Source of the DNA: a virus
Lineage: Duplodnaviria > Caudoviricetes
Direction: 5' to 3' (one strand)
Length of the DNA stretch: 59,731 bases
IMG/VR virus record: IMGVR_UViG_3300010401_000039
Coordinates: 1-59,731 of that record
Within the stretch, counting starts at the first letter, position 1, and every line of letters begins with the position of its first letter. This document shows positions 42,190-52,067 of this stretch, piece by piece. The translations under genes and the position numbers were made by a program. The notes beneath the pieces are model-generated. The model was not told the DNA's origin and did not search any database. It saw only the letters and a list, made by a program, of their open reading frames with translations.

Positions 42190-45100
42190 ATGCCCAAGAC
42201 GCTCAGTTTCGAGGAAGTAACGCGGCCCCGTAAGATTAGCTTCGAGGACGCGCAGAACCCGTTGCTACCGTTGCCGCCCATTTCGCAATACTACGCGACG
42301 CATCCCGACGACGGTGGCGTCTCCTTTCAGCAGCCTGCGCTGGAACTGTTGGCACCAGACCATTTTCCCGGCCCCGCAGGCATCCCGCGCATCCCGTCAC
42401 TTGGGCGCGAAGGCTCGGTACTACGGGGCGCGTCGGAATTCGCGGGCGGTGCGCAAGAATCGGTTCTTGGCGGGCTGTCGAGCATGACGAGCCGCGAAGG
42501 CCAGTTAACTTATCCCTTGTTCAGCCTGCCCTACATTGGCCCAGCGCTGGGCCTTGTGCTCGGTTCCAAGCTGCTTGGTGAAGGCGGCGGCGAGTTTGTG
42601 CATGGCATCGAACAAGGCGAGCCGCGTATCGCTGGCGCTGGCGCTGGCAGGAGTGTGCTGAGCTTGCCCCTGCTGTTTGGCGGTGGCAAAGGCGCAAAGG
42701 AACACGTCATTGGACCTGACCCACGCGAAGTCGCTTTGACGGAGTTGGCACGCGAGAAGGCGTTGCAAGCGTCGCTGCCGCAAGTGGGCGAAGGTCGCAT
42801 ACGGCATCAAGCGCCTGAGAACATTTACCAAGTCGGTGGCTTGAATCGACCGCAGGCGATGCCGATAACGCCAATGGAAGGTGCTGAAGCTCTCGCCGCC
42901 AACGTCGAACGAGACTTGGTCCAAGGCGAATCGCCAGCCAGTCAGCGTGTCGCTGCATCACCTTCAGCCAGCGAAGTAGCCGAAAATCTGCGCAAACTCG
43001 CTGAGGTTGACGAAGCAGCGCGTGTTGCTGAAGCAGAAGGTAAACCCGTCGAGCAAGTTAGTGCGCCTTTGCCTACACCAGAAGAACAAGCAGTAAATGC
43101 CGGATTACGCATGGCTATCGAACAATCCGTTGACGAAGCCAAAGGCGGATTGGCCACTGCTGAGCCGACGCTTGATCTGTTGCCCGCCGCCAAAGTTGAA
43201 GAACTAGCAATCAACGAGCTTTTGCGTCAAGGCATCGAACGTGGTGCCGCCACGAAATTCGTCGAGTCGTTGGGCGATGCCATTCAGCGCGTGAAGGATT
43301 ACCCGCGTGCTGCCGCTGAGAAGATCGCGCAACAGATTGCCGATGGCGTGAAGGCGATGGTCCATCCAGACAAGCCACTCACGGCGAATCAGGTCAAAAT
43401 CACTTACGACGCACTAACGAAGGCCATCACGGAGAATCGCCTTAGCGAAGAACGTCCCGGCATCATTTCAGGCACAGGCTTGGAGAAATGGGCTGATGCC
43501 ACGATTAAAGAAGGTCGTGGGCGCGTGAGCGTCGGTCTTGACCCTGTGCAACTCGCCGCTTACATCGTCAAAGGAGCAGCATTGCTGGAACGTGGTATCA
43601 CTGACATCGCGAAGTGGACGGCGGAAATGGTGAAAGAATACGGTCCACAAATACGCCCGTATCTTAAAACCATACGCGAGCACGCGGAACAAACCCGTGC
43701 GGCGACGTTTACCGCATCGCAAAAGACCGAAACGAAAGCAGAATTACCTGCCGCACCCGCCACTGCAACTGAGACCGTTACACCCACAATTTCCAGAGCC
43801 GCACGCCCGTTGCCGAGCATAAGCGCTGCTGAACAGTCTGCATTCACCCGCAGCATGAACAATCTCGCGCAGGACATTAAGGCGATCTTTCAGCGGCGCG
43901 GCGTGAAGCGGGACATGGCGCAGTTGGCTGATGCCATGATCGACACCATCCCCGCGAACAAAGGGAGGCAGGCTGGCAATGAACTGCGCGTGCTGAGTCG
44001 CAGCGTGGTCAAAGGCAAGGTCGTTGACAACAAGCTCGCTCGAAAGGCGGCGGTGTTCGTCGTCCAAGCGGGCGGCGACCGAGGCAAACTCGCCACTGAC
44101 CTCGTGAAGGTCAAAGGCAATAAGGACGCTGAAGGCGCCGTTCGCTACGCCCAAGCCAACTGGGACGCGCTCCAGCCTTTGGCGGCTCGCACCAAGCTCT
44201 TGTTCGACGAGCAAATCGCTTACGAGCAGGGCAACGGCATCGACACTAATTACGAGAACCATTACGTGCCGCAGCGTCACGAGAACATCCTGACGGATCG
44301 TGGCGTGCTGTTTGGTGAGACGGGCAGCGGCATCGCAGGCACCTCCTTCAAGAAGGCGAAGGTGTTCCCTGATTACGCCAGCGCCATTCAAGCGGGCTAC
44401 AAACCGCGCAACTTGGACATCGCCGACCTCGTCGAGCACCGCGTCCGAAGCGGCCAGCGCTTGGTCAACAAAAAGCTGTGGGCGGAAGGTTTCAAAGGCG
44501 TCGCCGACCCCTATTCGAGCGACCCGGTAATGACGGACCTCATTACCCGCAAGATTCAGCGCCCGGACGGCACGACTGACACGCAATTCAGCGCTCCGCA
44601 AGGCTACGCTGTGAAGGAGATCATCCCCGGCGTTCGCATCGCCGTGCGCCAAGGCTACGGGCACCTGTTTAACGCGCTCACGGGCACGAGCCAGATACGC
44701 GAGTCTGCTGTTGGCCGTGCTGCCTTAACCAGCGCTGGCTGGCTCAAGCACAAGCTGCTTTTGCTCGACAGCTTCCATGCCGTCCGCACGATGGAGACCA
44801 GCTTGGCGAGTCGCGGCAGCGCTGGCTACAATCGCGGGTTGAGCGTCCTTGAGTATTCTGACCGTGCGTTGCGTGATGCCGTCCAACGAAAACTCGTGAC
44901 GCCGGAAATGGCCAAGTGGGTGCAGACGCCGCAGCCCTTTGAGATAGGCGGCAAGACTCTACAACTTACGCCGCGCACCGTTCTCCAAACAGGAATGCGC
45001 AATGGTCTCAACGTGGGGCGCTTTGCCGACGCCCTTTACAACGACGCGAAGGGCACCGTCGGCACGAATCCTTTTAGTAAGTGGTTGTTTGAGAAGCTGA

Positions 45101-46107
45101 CGCGTGGCGCGATGGCTGAAACGTTCATGTCCGAGTTCGCCCGCGTCGGCAAAGCGAACCCCGAATTATCCTTGAACGCGGTCGCCAAGCAGGTGGCCCG
45201 CGACGTAAATGTCATCTTCGGTAACTTGCAACGCCAATCTATTATCAAGAATCCAGCCATCCGCGACCTCATGCAAATCGCCTTCCTCGCGCCGCAATGG
45301 GTGGAATCGCTGGCGCGTCGCGAGCTTCGTGCAGTGGGCCAAACTGCGGAAGCTGTCGTCAGTGGAGCACGCGGCAAAGGCGTCCAACTTGGCACAGCCG
45401 CGAAGACCGTCGGCACTGGCCTCGCCGCTTATGTAGCTGTTACGCAAGCGCTCAATTACATCACTCGCGGACACAGCACACTTGAGAACAAAGAGGAAGG
45501 GCACAAGCTCGACGCGTTCATTCCTGACCCGCTGGGCGGCAGTGAGGGATTCTGGTTTTCGCCGCTGGCTGTGTTCGCTGAAGTAACCCACGACCTGTTG
45601 CGCTACTCGCACACAGAACCAACCAAGATTGGCGCTGCGGCCCGCATTGTGCAGAACAAGCTCGGGCCAATCGGACGCGCCTTGTCCATCGTCGCATCGC
45701 AGGAAGATACCATTGGCACCAAGTTGCCCAGCAGTTGGGACGTGGCGAGCGAAGCCGGATTCGCCGCCGTACCGCTTCCCATTGGCGCGAAGCCCATCGC
45801 GCAAGAAATTGCCAATCGCGTCTCGGGCGGTAAGGTGCCAGCGCCCAAGCCTGGCACCATCACGCGTCAGATTGCGTCCTCAGTCGGCCAGAAGATTGAG
45901 CCATACAACAAGGACGAGGCGCAAATCAAACGCGCTCGCGAAGTGAACCTTTACATCGACTATTGGAAGAAGCACGCTCGCCAGTTGCCGCTGCCTGAAC
46001 GCGGTAAGTATTTGATGAGCGAGATGAAGAAAAGCGGCTTGAACGGTGCCGAGGGCAAGAAGGCCGTGCGCGAGTTTCACGAAGCCGGTTTGTTTATCCA
46101 CCCATAA
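42190..46107 (+). CDS. Large internal virion/ejection protein (1305 aa)
   Basis: Size, helical Ala-rich composition, NHYVPQ motif, podovirus-type synteny. Confidence 0.65.
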   Translation: MPKTLSFEEVTRPRKISFEDAQNPLLPLPPISQYYATHPDDGGVSFQQPALELLAPDHFPGPAGIPRIPSLGREGSVLRGASEFAGGAQESVLGGLSSMTSREGQLTYPLFSLPYIGPALGLVLGSKLLGEGGGEFVHGIEQGEPRIAGAGAGRSVLSLPLLFGGGKGAKEHVIGPDPREVALTELAREKALQASLPQVGEGRIRHQAPENIYQVGGLNRPQAMPITPMEGAEALAANVERDLVQGESPASQRVAASPSASEVAENLRKLAEVDEAARVAEAEGKPVEQVSAPLPTPEEQAVNAGLRMAIEQSVDEAKGGLATAEPTLDLLPAAKVEELAINELLRQGIERGAATKFVESLGDAIQRVKDYPRAAAEKIAQQIADGVKAMVHPDKPLTANQVKITYDALTKAITENRLSEERPGIISGTGLEKWADATIKEGRGRVSVGLDPVQLAAYIVKGAALLERGITDIAKWTAEMVKEYGPQIRPYLKTIREHAEQTRAATFTASQKTETKAELPAAPATATETVTPTISRAARPLPSISAAEQSAFTRSMNNLAQDIKAIFQRRGVKRDMAQLADAMIDTIPANKGRQAGNELRVLSRSVVKGKVVDNKLARKAAVFVVQAGGDRGKLATDLVKVKGNKDAEGAVRYAQANWDALQPLAARTKLLFDEQIAYEQGNGIDTNYENHYVPQRHENILTDRGVLFGETGSGIAGTSFKKAKVFPDYASAIQAGYKPRNLDIADLVEHRVRSGQRLVNKKLWAEGFKGVADPYSSDPVMTDLITRKIQRPDGTTDTQFSAPQGYAVKEIIPGVRIAVRQGYGHLFNALTGTSQIRESAVGRAALTSAGWLKHKLLLLDSFHAVRTMETSLASRGSAGYNRGLSVLEYSDRALRDAVQRKLVTPEMAKWVQTPQPFEIGGKTLQLTPRTVLQTGMRNGLNVGRFADALYNDAKGTVGTNPFSKWLFEKLTRGAMAETFMSEFARVGKANPELSLNAVAKQVARDVNVIFGNLQRQSIIKNPAIRDLMQIAFLAPQWVESLARRELRAVGQTAEAVVSGARGKGVQLGTAAKTVGTGLAAYVAVTQALNYITRGHSTLENKEEGHKLDAFIPDPLGGSEGFWFSPLAVFAEVTHDLLRYSHTEPTKIGAAARIVQNKLGPIGRALSIVASQEDTIGTKLPSSWDVASEAGFAAVPLPIGAKPIAQEIANRVSGGKVPAPKPGTITRQIASSVGQKIEPYNKDEAQIKRAREVNLYIDYWKKHARQLPLPERGKYLMSEMKKSGLNGAEGKKAVREFHEAGLFIHP

Positions 46108-46112
46108 CGCTT

Positions 46113-46274
46113 ATGCCATTCAAATCCAAAGCTCAAAAGGGGTACATGTTCGTCCACCACCCACAAATCGCCAAGCGTTGGGCGCACGAGTACGGCGTGC
46201 CCAAGAACCTGCCTGAGCACGTCGCCCACGAGAAGGCGCAGCGCAAGCGCAACCATCGTTACATGAACAAATGA
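46113..46274 (+). CDS. Small MPFKSKAQ-type phage protein (53 aa)
   Basis: MPFKSKAQKGYMFVHHPQIAKRWAHE...NLPEHV. Coupled to the next gene. Confidence 0.75.
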   Translation: MPFKSKAQKGYMFVHHPQIAKRWAHEYGVPKNLPEHVAHEKAQRKRNHRYMNK

Positions 46275-46555
46275 TCTCCTTCGCCCCCGTTGACCTGTTC
46301 CGCGACAACTCCGACTTGTCCTCGCCGTGGAAGGACGAGGCACGCCAGCGCATGTTTCACGAAGCGGCCACGCACGCGCTCGCCAAGCTGGCTTGGGACG
46401 GCGCTACCGCCGACGAGATGGCCGGTGCCAAGAAGTTCCTCGTCCTCCTGCTCAACTGCGCCGAGACGCCCGAAGCAATTAGCGTTGCGAGTCCGTCGCG
46501 CTTAAACTACAACGTCGAAGCTGAGATCGCCGCTCGCCGCATGAAGAAAGAATAG
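46271..46555 (+). CDS. Hypothetical head-module protein
   Basis: Coupled. Precedes the scaffold. Confidence 0.65.
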   Translation: MISFAPVDLFRDNSDLSSPWKDEARQRMFHEAATHALAKLAWDGATADEMAGAKKFLVLLLNCAETPEAISVASPSRLNYNVEAEIAARRMKKE

Positions 46556-46558
46556 CCT

Positions 46559-47845
46559 ATGCCCGCTGCACCTGTCGCTGCCGCACCCGTCGCCGCCCCT
46601 GTCACCGCGCCCGTTGTTGCTTCGCCGCCCAAACCCGCCGCCGCTGCTCCTTCGCCTGCACCGAAGCCAGCGGCGGTGCCTCCTGCGCCGGGTCGCGCTG
46701 GCGAACGCAGCAACTTCTTCGAGGACGAGGACGCGTTGCCTGCGGCAGTGGACGCTGACCCGACGCCTGCGCCAGCCAAGAAGGAGGACGACGACGACGC
46801 GCTACCCGACGACGCGCCACCCGCGAAGGCCGACGACAAAGCTCCTGTCACCGCGCCCAAGCCCGCCGACGAACCGCCCGAGCCGGTATTCCGCACCAAC
46901 CGCGAACTCAAGAAGGCTTATGAAACGACCAAGAAAGCGAACAAACAGCTCACAGCGCGCGCACAAGAACTTGAAGCGCGCATCGCTGAACTCGATAGTG
47001 TCGCCTCGCATGCAAAAGCAGATAGTGGCCCTTTGGCTGAGCAGTTGGCTGCTGCCCAAAAGCGAATAGACGATTACGAAGGCCGCCTGCGACTGAAGGC
47101 GTACGAGGAAAGCGACGATTTCAAGACGAAGCACCTCGCGCCGTTCAAGCGCACCGAAGCCCGCGCGTTCAATGACGTGCGCCAGTTGGAATACATCGAG
47201 GGCGTGGACGAGGAGACGCAGACGCCGCGTACTCGCGCTGCCACAGACGCCGACTTCATCGAACTCTACAATTTGCCCACTGGCAAAGCCTACGCCCACG
47301 CCAAGCGCGTCTTTGGCGACTCGGCGCAGCTCGTGATGAACCACTATCATACACTGCACCAGCAGCAGGACGACATGCGCGAGGCCATCGCCGACTATCG
47401 CAACCGCGGTGCCGACGAGGAAAAGCAGACGCAGGCTCGCACCGCACAGGAGCGTGAAGCCGCCGACCGCATGTGGCGCATCGCCAACCAGGAGACTCAG
47501 GCCAAGTATTACAAGGACTTGGGCATCGACCCGGACGACGCCGAAATGAAGGAGACGCTGGCCAAGGGCTATGGGCCGGTGCAAAAGCTATTTGGCGGTA
47601 ACGGCAACCTGACGCTCGCGGAAAAGGTGGGCTTGCAGGCGAGCGTGCTGCACCGGGCTGCGCTGTTTGGTGTCACGCGCAAACAACTGCTCGCGGCGAA
47701 GGCTGAACTTGCTGCCGCGAACAAGACCATCGAGGAATTGCGCGGCAGTGCGCCCGGCAAGCCGAAGCCCAAAGCCGACGCCGTGCCAGTGGGCGACTAC
47801 AAGGACATTGCTGACGAAATGGCCGCTTACCAGATGGAGATCTAG
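46559..47845 (+). CDS. Capsid scaffolding protein (putative)
   Basis: Pro/Ala/Asp-rich disordered N-terminus and long coiled coil, upstream of the capsid gene. Confidence 0.6.
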   Translation: MPAAPVAAAPVAAPVTAPVVASPPKPAAAAPSPAPKPAAVPPAPGRAGERSNFFEDEDALPAAVDADPTPAPAKKEDDDDALPDDAPPAKADDKAPVTAPKPADEPPEPVFRTNRELKKAYETTKKANKQLTARAQELEARIAELDSVASHAKADSGPLAEQLAAAQKRIDDYEGRLRLKAYEESDDFKTKHLAPFKRTEARAFNDVRQLEYIEGVDEETQTPRTRAATDADFIELYNLPTGKAYAHAKRVFGDSAQLVMNHYHTLHQQQDDMREAIADYRNRGADEEKQTQARTAQEREAADRMWRIANQETQAKYYKDLGIDPDDAEMKETLAKGYGPVQKLFGGNGNLTLAEKVGLQASVLHRAALFGVTRKQLLAAKAELAAANKTIEELRGSAPGKPKPKADAVPVGDYKDIADEMAAYQMEI

Positions 47846-47847
47846 TT

Positions 47848-48129
47848 ATGGACGCTTCTATCGGCTGGAGCAGTTCACAGAATCGCGTGCGGATTGAAGC
47901 GGTCATGCGCGATGCCGTTCCAAGGCGACAAATCGTAGTTGAAATTGAGACGTGCGACATGGACGAGGCGCGTGAAAATCTAGCTATGCACCGCGCCATG
48001 AGAGCCGCAGACCGCGCTATCGGCGAGGTGCAGGGCTTGCCACAGAAACAAGTGGAGCGCGAGTGGCAGGCGCATTTAGATGAGATTGCACGTTGCGGAG
48101 TGCGCTTCATTCCAACGCCCCCCGTTTAA
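47848..48129 (+). CDS. Hypothetical protein
   Basis: Operon packing. Confidence 0.55.
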   Translation: MDASIGWSSSQNRVRIEAVMRDAVPRRQIVVEIETCDMDEARENLAMHRAMRAADRAIGEVQGLPQKQVEREWQAHLDEIARCGVRFIPTPPV

Positions 48130-49007
48130 TGCGTCTGCACATCTTCACCATCGTCTTGGACGGCCTTCCGTTCTTGCCGATGCAGTTCGCGAACTACAAC
48201 CGACTTCCTGACAGCGTCGATTGGCACTGGTCAATTGCCGAGGGCGCGGCCATGAACGTAAACTGCACGAAATGGTGCCGCACCCAGCGACCGCGCCTCA
48301 GCAACGACGGCACCACCGACTTCCTCAATAGCCTGCGTGCCCACCCGCGAATCACGGTGCATCAGCGCGCGAAATGGATGGGCAAAGTGGACATGGTTTG
48401 CACCTGCCTCGCTGACTTCAAGCAACCCGGCATCGTGCTGGAAGCGGACGCCGACGAGCTTTGGCTGCCGCACCAGCTTGAAACGCTGCTCGCGCTGTTT
48501 GAGCGCCGCCCTTCGCTCGGCTCCGCGCACTTCTTCTGCCGCTACTTCGTCGGCGTCAACATCCTGATTACCTCGACGCACAGCTATGGCAATCGCCCAA
48601 CCGAATGGGCGCGTTGCTGGCGCTGGACGCCGGAGCTTCGCGTCCTGTCGCATGAACCGCCGCTGATGAGCGGCATCGCAGGCGAGTGCGCTTCCCGCGA
48701 AGAAACCCGCGATGTCGGCCTCGTGTTCGACCATTACAGCTACGCGCTCGAATCGCAGGTGCGTTACAAGCAAGACTTCTACGGCTACCGCGATGCCGTC
48801 CTGCACTGGCGACGGCTGCAAACCAATCGCGATTGGCCGGTGCGCGATCTGCGAGCCTTCCTGCCGTGGGTCGATGCAGGCGTCACGGCAGACCGATTAT
48901 GGACGGCAAACTCTACCTTATCCTTGGGCGCACCGGCGACATCCTCGGCGCACTCCCCATCGTTCAGCACGAGGCCGCTGTCGGCCGCAAAGCCTGCGTT
49001 ATGGTGA
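48129..49007 (+). CDS. Glycosyltransferase (GT2-like)
   Basis: IFTIVLDG...IAEG...SNDGTTDFL...LEADADELW...FDHYSY. Confidence 0.8.
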   Translation: MRLHIFTIVLDGLPFLPMQFANYNRLPDSVDWHWSIAEGAAMNVNCTKWCRTQRPRLSNDGTTDFLNSLRAHPRITVHQRAKWMGKVDMVCTCLADFKQPGIVLEADADELWLPHQLETLLALFERRPSLGSAHFFCRYFVGVNILITSTHSYGNRPTEWARCWRWTPELRVLSHEPPLMSGIAGECASREETRDVGLVFDHYSYALESQVRYKQDFYGYRDAVLHWRRLQTNRDWPVRDLRAFLPWVDAGVTADRLWTANSTLSLGAPATSSAHSPSFSTRPLSAAKPALW

Positions 49008-49702
49008 GCCGCGAGTACGCTGACGTGCTGGATGGCGCCGGCGTTGCTCGCATCGTGTGGGACGGCGACTGGCGTCATGTCCGCGCCGCTTATGACAGCG
49101 TCGTCCATGACTGGCCTCGCATCGTCGTCCTCCAGCAATACAGCACCGATGGCTGGCCGGTGCAGCACGTCACCGATAGCTTCATTAAGGAGATGTATCG
49201 CGTTGCGAACAAGCTGCCGCTGTTCCCGCTGCCATTGCGATTTGACAGGCGCGATCCGCAGCGCGAGTCGGCGCTGGTCGCCGCATTGCCAGAAGGCGCG
49301 CCCATCATCCTCGTCGCCACCCGCGGCTTCTCCAGTCCGTTTCCGCAGGGCCACGAGTTGCTAGCGCTCGTCGCCGACGCTTTTCCCGATGCCGTACTCG
49401 TCACCATGGACGCGGTGCGAGCCGAACGCATCTATGATCTGCTGGCATTGTTCGAGCGTGCCTCCTGTCTCGTTACCGTTGACAGCGCCTTGTTGCACTT
49501 GGCGCAGGCTACGCCCTCGCTGGCCGTCATCGCTTTGGTTGCCTCGCACCCCACGACATGGCACGGTTCACCCGCTTATGCAGGCCAGCGTCTCCGCATC
49601 CGTTATCGCGAATTCGACAGGAACAAGGGCCGCATCGTCGAGATTCTTGGTGCATGTCTGGAGTCAGCGCCAGCGCTGGGGCCACGACGAGCGACGGCAT
49701 GA
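48899..49702 (+). CDS. Glycosyltransferase family 9 (heptosyltransferase-like)
   Basis: LGRTGDILGALP and LVTVDSALLHLA. Confidence 0.8.
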   Translation: MDGKLYLILGRTGDILGALPIVQHEAAVGRKACVMVSREYADVLDGAGVARIVWDGDWRHVRAAYDSVVHDWPRIVVLQQYSTDGWPVQHVTDSFIKEMYRVANKLPLFPLPLRFDRRDPQRESALVAALPEGAPIILVATRGFSSPFPQGHELLALVADAFPDAVLVTMDAVRAERIYDLLALFERASCLVTVDSALLHLAQATPSLAVIALVASHPTTWHGSPAYAGQRLRIRYREFDRNKGRIVEILGACLESAPALGPRRATA

Positions 49703-50285
49703 GCTTGCTAAGGCAAGCTGGAGGCGCGAGTACACCAGCGGGCACTGGCGCGGGTTGCCCATCAGCGCACCGCAACGCACCGCTAAGAGCGTCCTGCGCG
49801 ACCCGCGTGCGCTGCCCTTCCTGCGCGATCTGCTGGACGCGGCCATGCGCCATGCCTCACCACGCGACCTCATCGTCTTCACCAACGACGACGTTGTATT
49901 CGCGCAAGGTCTCACGGCGACGTTGCTACGTGTGGAGCACGCCGCTTGGGCGAGCCGCATGGAGTTCATTCGCCTGCCGCAATTGCCGTCCTGCATCGAA
50001 ATCATCAGCGGTCGCAAGCATCCCGGCGCTGACCTGTTTGCCATGACGCCGGGATGGTGGGCGCGGCATCGCCCCGAGTGGCCCGACATGGTCGTGGGCT
50101 GCGAAGCCGTTGACCTCGTACTGCGCAAGCTCATGGCAGCGAACGGCGGCATCGAGCTTCATGCCGCCATCGCCCACGAGGAGCATGCAAGCTGGTGGCA
50201 AAGCCATCGCGGCGACCCTGCCGCCAAGCACAACCGCAATCTGGCCGGCCCGTGGCTCGCCAAGCGAGGACTCACATGGGACTGA
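49650..50285 (+). CDS. Glycosyltransferase-like (GT-A) protein
   Basis: LPFLRDLL...IVFTNDDV...GADLFA...WPDMVVG...HEEH. The start is uncertain. Confidence 0.6.
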   Translation: MHVWSQRQRWGHDERRHELAKASWRREYTSGHWRGLPISAPQRTAKSVLRDPRALPFLRDLLDAAMRHASPRDLIVFTNDDVVFAQGLTATLLRVEHAAWASRMEFIRLPQLPSCIEIISGRKHPGADLFAMTPGWWARHRPEWPDMVVGCEAVDLVLRKLMAANGGIELHAAIAHEEHASWWQSHRGDPAAKHNRNLAGPWLAKRGLTWD

Positions 50286-51028
50286 AATTGTGGGCATTCA
50301 CAATGTCGCACTGGAACGATGCCGCCGACGCGCAGGCCAAGGGCGACGGCCTGTTCGGGCTGCGCTCATGGCACGAGCGCGTCACCCGTTACCTGTCGCC
50401 GACGCACTGCTTCATCGCATGCGGCACTTGGTCCGAGCCGTCCTTGTCGCCGCTACCGCCCAGCCTGCCCACCGTCAATGCGGGCGTCCAATCCGATGCG
50501 CCCTATGACGTTCATTACAACCAACTGTCGCTCTGCGCTATGACCGCCGCGATGGCCTATGCGCTCAACCACGCCAAAGAGTGGGACTTGTTGGCGCTGC
50601 TCGACACCGACGCGCTCATCGGCGCGGTGGACTTCGACGCCCTCATCCGCGAGTTCCAGCAACGCACAGAAATCATGCTCGCCCAGTCGTGGTGGGACGG
50701 CATCGGCGGACCGCTCTACGTCTGGAAGCTCATCGGCGCGATTCGCATGCAGCACCATCGCCTGCGCGCCAACATCATCGCCCGCCCCGACGACGACAAA
50801 GCGCCCAAGCCGCTCTTGCCCGAGGAGGAAATGGCCGCTATCTATCGCGGCTTGTGGTGGAATCCGTGGCCCGACCAGCGCACGCTGCGCCAAGACTACG
50901 GCGGCATTGACCCGTTTCGCGATAACGCCGCCGTCCTCAAGTGGCCCTTTGTGCGCCTGCCCGACCCCGCCATCGTTGAAGAGTACACGCGCACGCAAAC
51001 GCCGCTCGCCAAGCCACTTCAGCCTTGA
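50276..51028 (+). CDS. Glycosyltransferase-like (DxD) protein
   Basis: AMAYALNH..WDLLALLDTDALI. Confidence 0.55.
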   Translation: MGLKLWAFTMSHWNDAADAQAKGDGLFGLRSWHERVTRYLSPTHCFIACGTWSEPSLSPLPPSLPTVNAGVQSDAPYDVHYNQLSLCAMTAAMAYALNHAKEWDLLALLDTDALIGAVDFDALIREFQQRTEIMLAQSWWDGIGGPLYVWKLIGAIRMQHHRLRANIIARPDDDKAPKPLLPEEEMAAIYRGLWWNPWPDQRTLRQDYGGIDPFRDNAAVLKWPFVRLPDPAIVEEYTRTQTPLAKPLQP

Positions 51029-51059
51029 TTCTCCACGTGGAACATGCTTCACTTGCCCC

Positions 51060-51866
51060 ATCGCCACGACCTTCATCTACGCTCTGAACGACCCGCGCCC
51101 CGGTGACACGCATTGCTACATAGGCAAGTCGGACAAGCCGCGTCATCGCTACCATCAGCACTTCTGGGAATTGTCCAAGGAGAGCACGCGCAAGACTCAC
51201 TGGCTACGTTGCTTGCTGAAACTTGGACTCAGGCCGTCGCTGGAATTGTTGCGCGAGGTGCCCGTCGAGGAATGGGAGTATTGGGAGCGCACGTTCATCC
51301 ATTGGTATCGCGTCCTTGGCTGGCGCGTCGTCAACGTAACCGATGGGGGCGAAGGCTTGACCAATCCTAGTGACGAGACGCGGGCAAAGTGCGCTCTTGG
51401 ACGAAAAGGCAAAGGGCATACGCCTGAAGCGCGTGCAGCGATTGGAGCAGCCTTTCGCGGCAAACATTTGTCAGACGAGCATCGTGCCAAGATCAGCGCC
51501 TATCGCCAACGCGAAAAGGCCAGTGGCAAGAAGCGCAAGTTGTCCGTTGCGCATCGAACAGCCATTGGCAACGGACTTCGCGGTCGTGTGGTTTCTGCTG
51601 AGGCCCGACGCAACATGGGACAAGCCCATAAAGGGAAGCCCTTGAGTGTGGCACACCGCGAAAAGTTGCGCATCTCCCACTTAGGCAAAGTGTATGGCCC
51701 GATGTCGCCGGAGCACAAAGCCAAGATAGCTGCGACCAAGGTCGGCGAGCGCAATCCAATGTTCGGCAAATACGGCGCACTTAACCACATGTTTGGCAAG
51801 CATCACACCGACGCAACCAAAGCCAGAATTAGATCCTCTAAAAAGAAACGGTTGACTTCACCTTAA
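51060..51866 (+). CDS. GIY-YIG homing endonuclease with NUMOD3 repeats (start codon unclear)
   Basis: FIYALNDP...YIGKS...R...H...E...NVTDGGEG, KGHTPEARAAI repeats, NPMFGK...HHTDATK. Confidence 0.85.
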   Translation: MATTFIYALNDPRPGDTHCYIGKSDKPRHRYHQHFWELSKESTRKTHWLRCLLKLGLRPSLELLREVPVEEWEYWERTFIHWYRVLGWRVVNVTDGGEGLTNPSDETRAKCALGRKGKGHTPEARAAIGAAFRGKHLSDEHRAKISAYRQREKASGKKRKLSVAHRTAIGNGLRGRVVSAEARRNMGQAHKGKPLSVAHREKLRISHLGKVYGPMSPEHKAKIAATKVGERNPMFGKYGALNHMFGKHHTDATKARIRSSKKKRLTSP

Positions 51867-51883
51867 AGTAGTGTTCCTGTAAC

Positions 51884-52051
51884 TGCGTCGTTGCGGCCCG
51901 CAACTTCAAACTCGGCTTATAGTCCCTCTGGCCGGTAGGGCGAACGAAGCGTCGAGATAGCTTCAGGCTCGCGGTTAATTCCGCCAAAGCGACGAACGTC
52001 GTAGGAGACGGCCTCCCCAAAATCAACGTACGCATGCACTTTGACCGTGCA
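51884..52051 (+). ncRNA. Structured leader of the major capsid gene (candidate)
   Basis: Non-coding ~200 nt containing about seven short hairpins, downstream of TTGACT(51852). Confidence 0.4.
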
Positions 52052-52067
52052 TTAACTAAACTGATTT

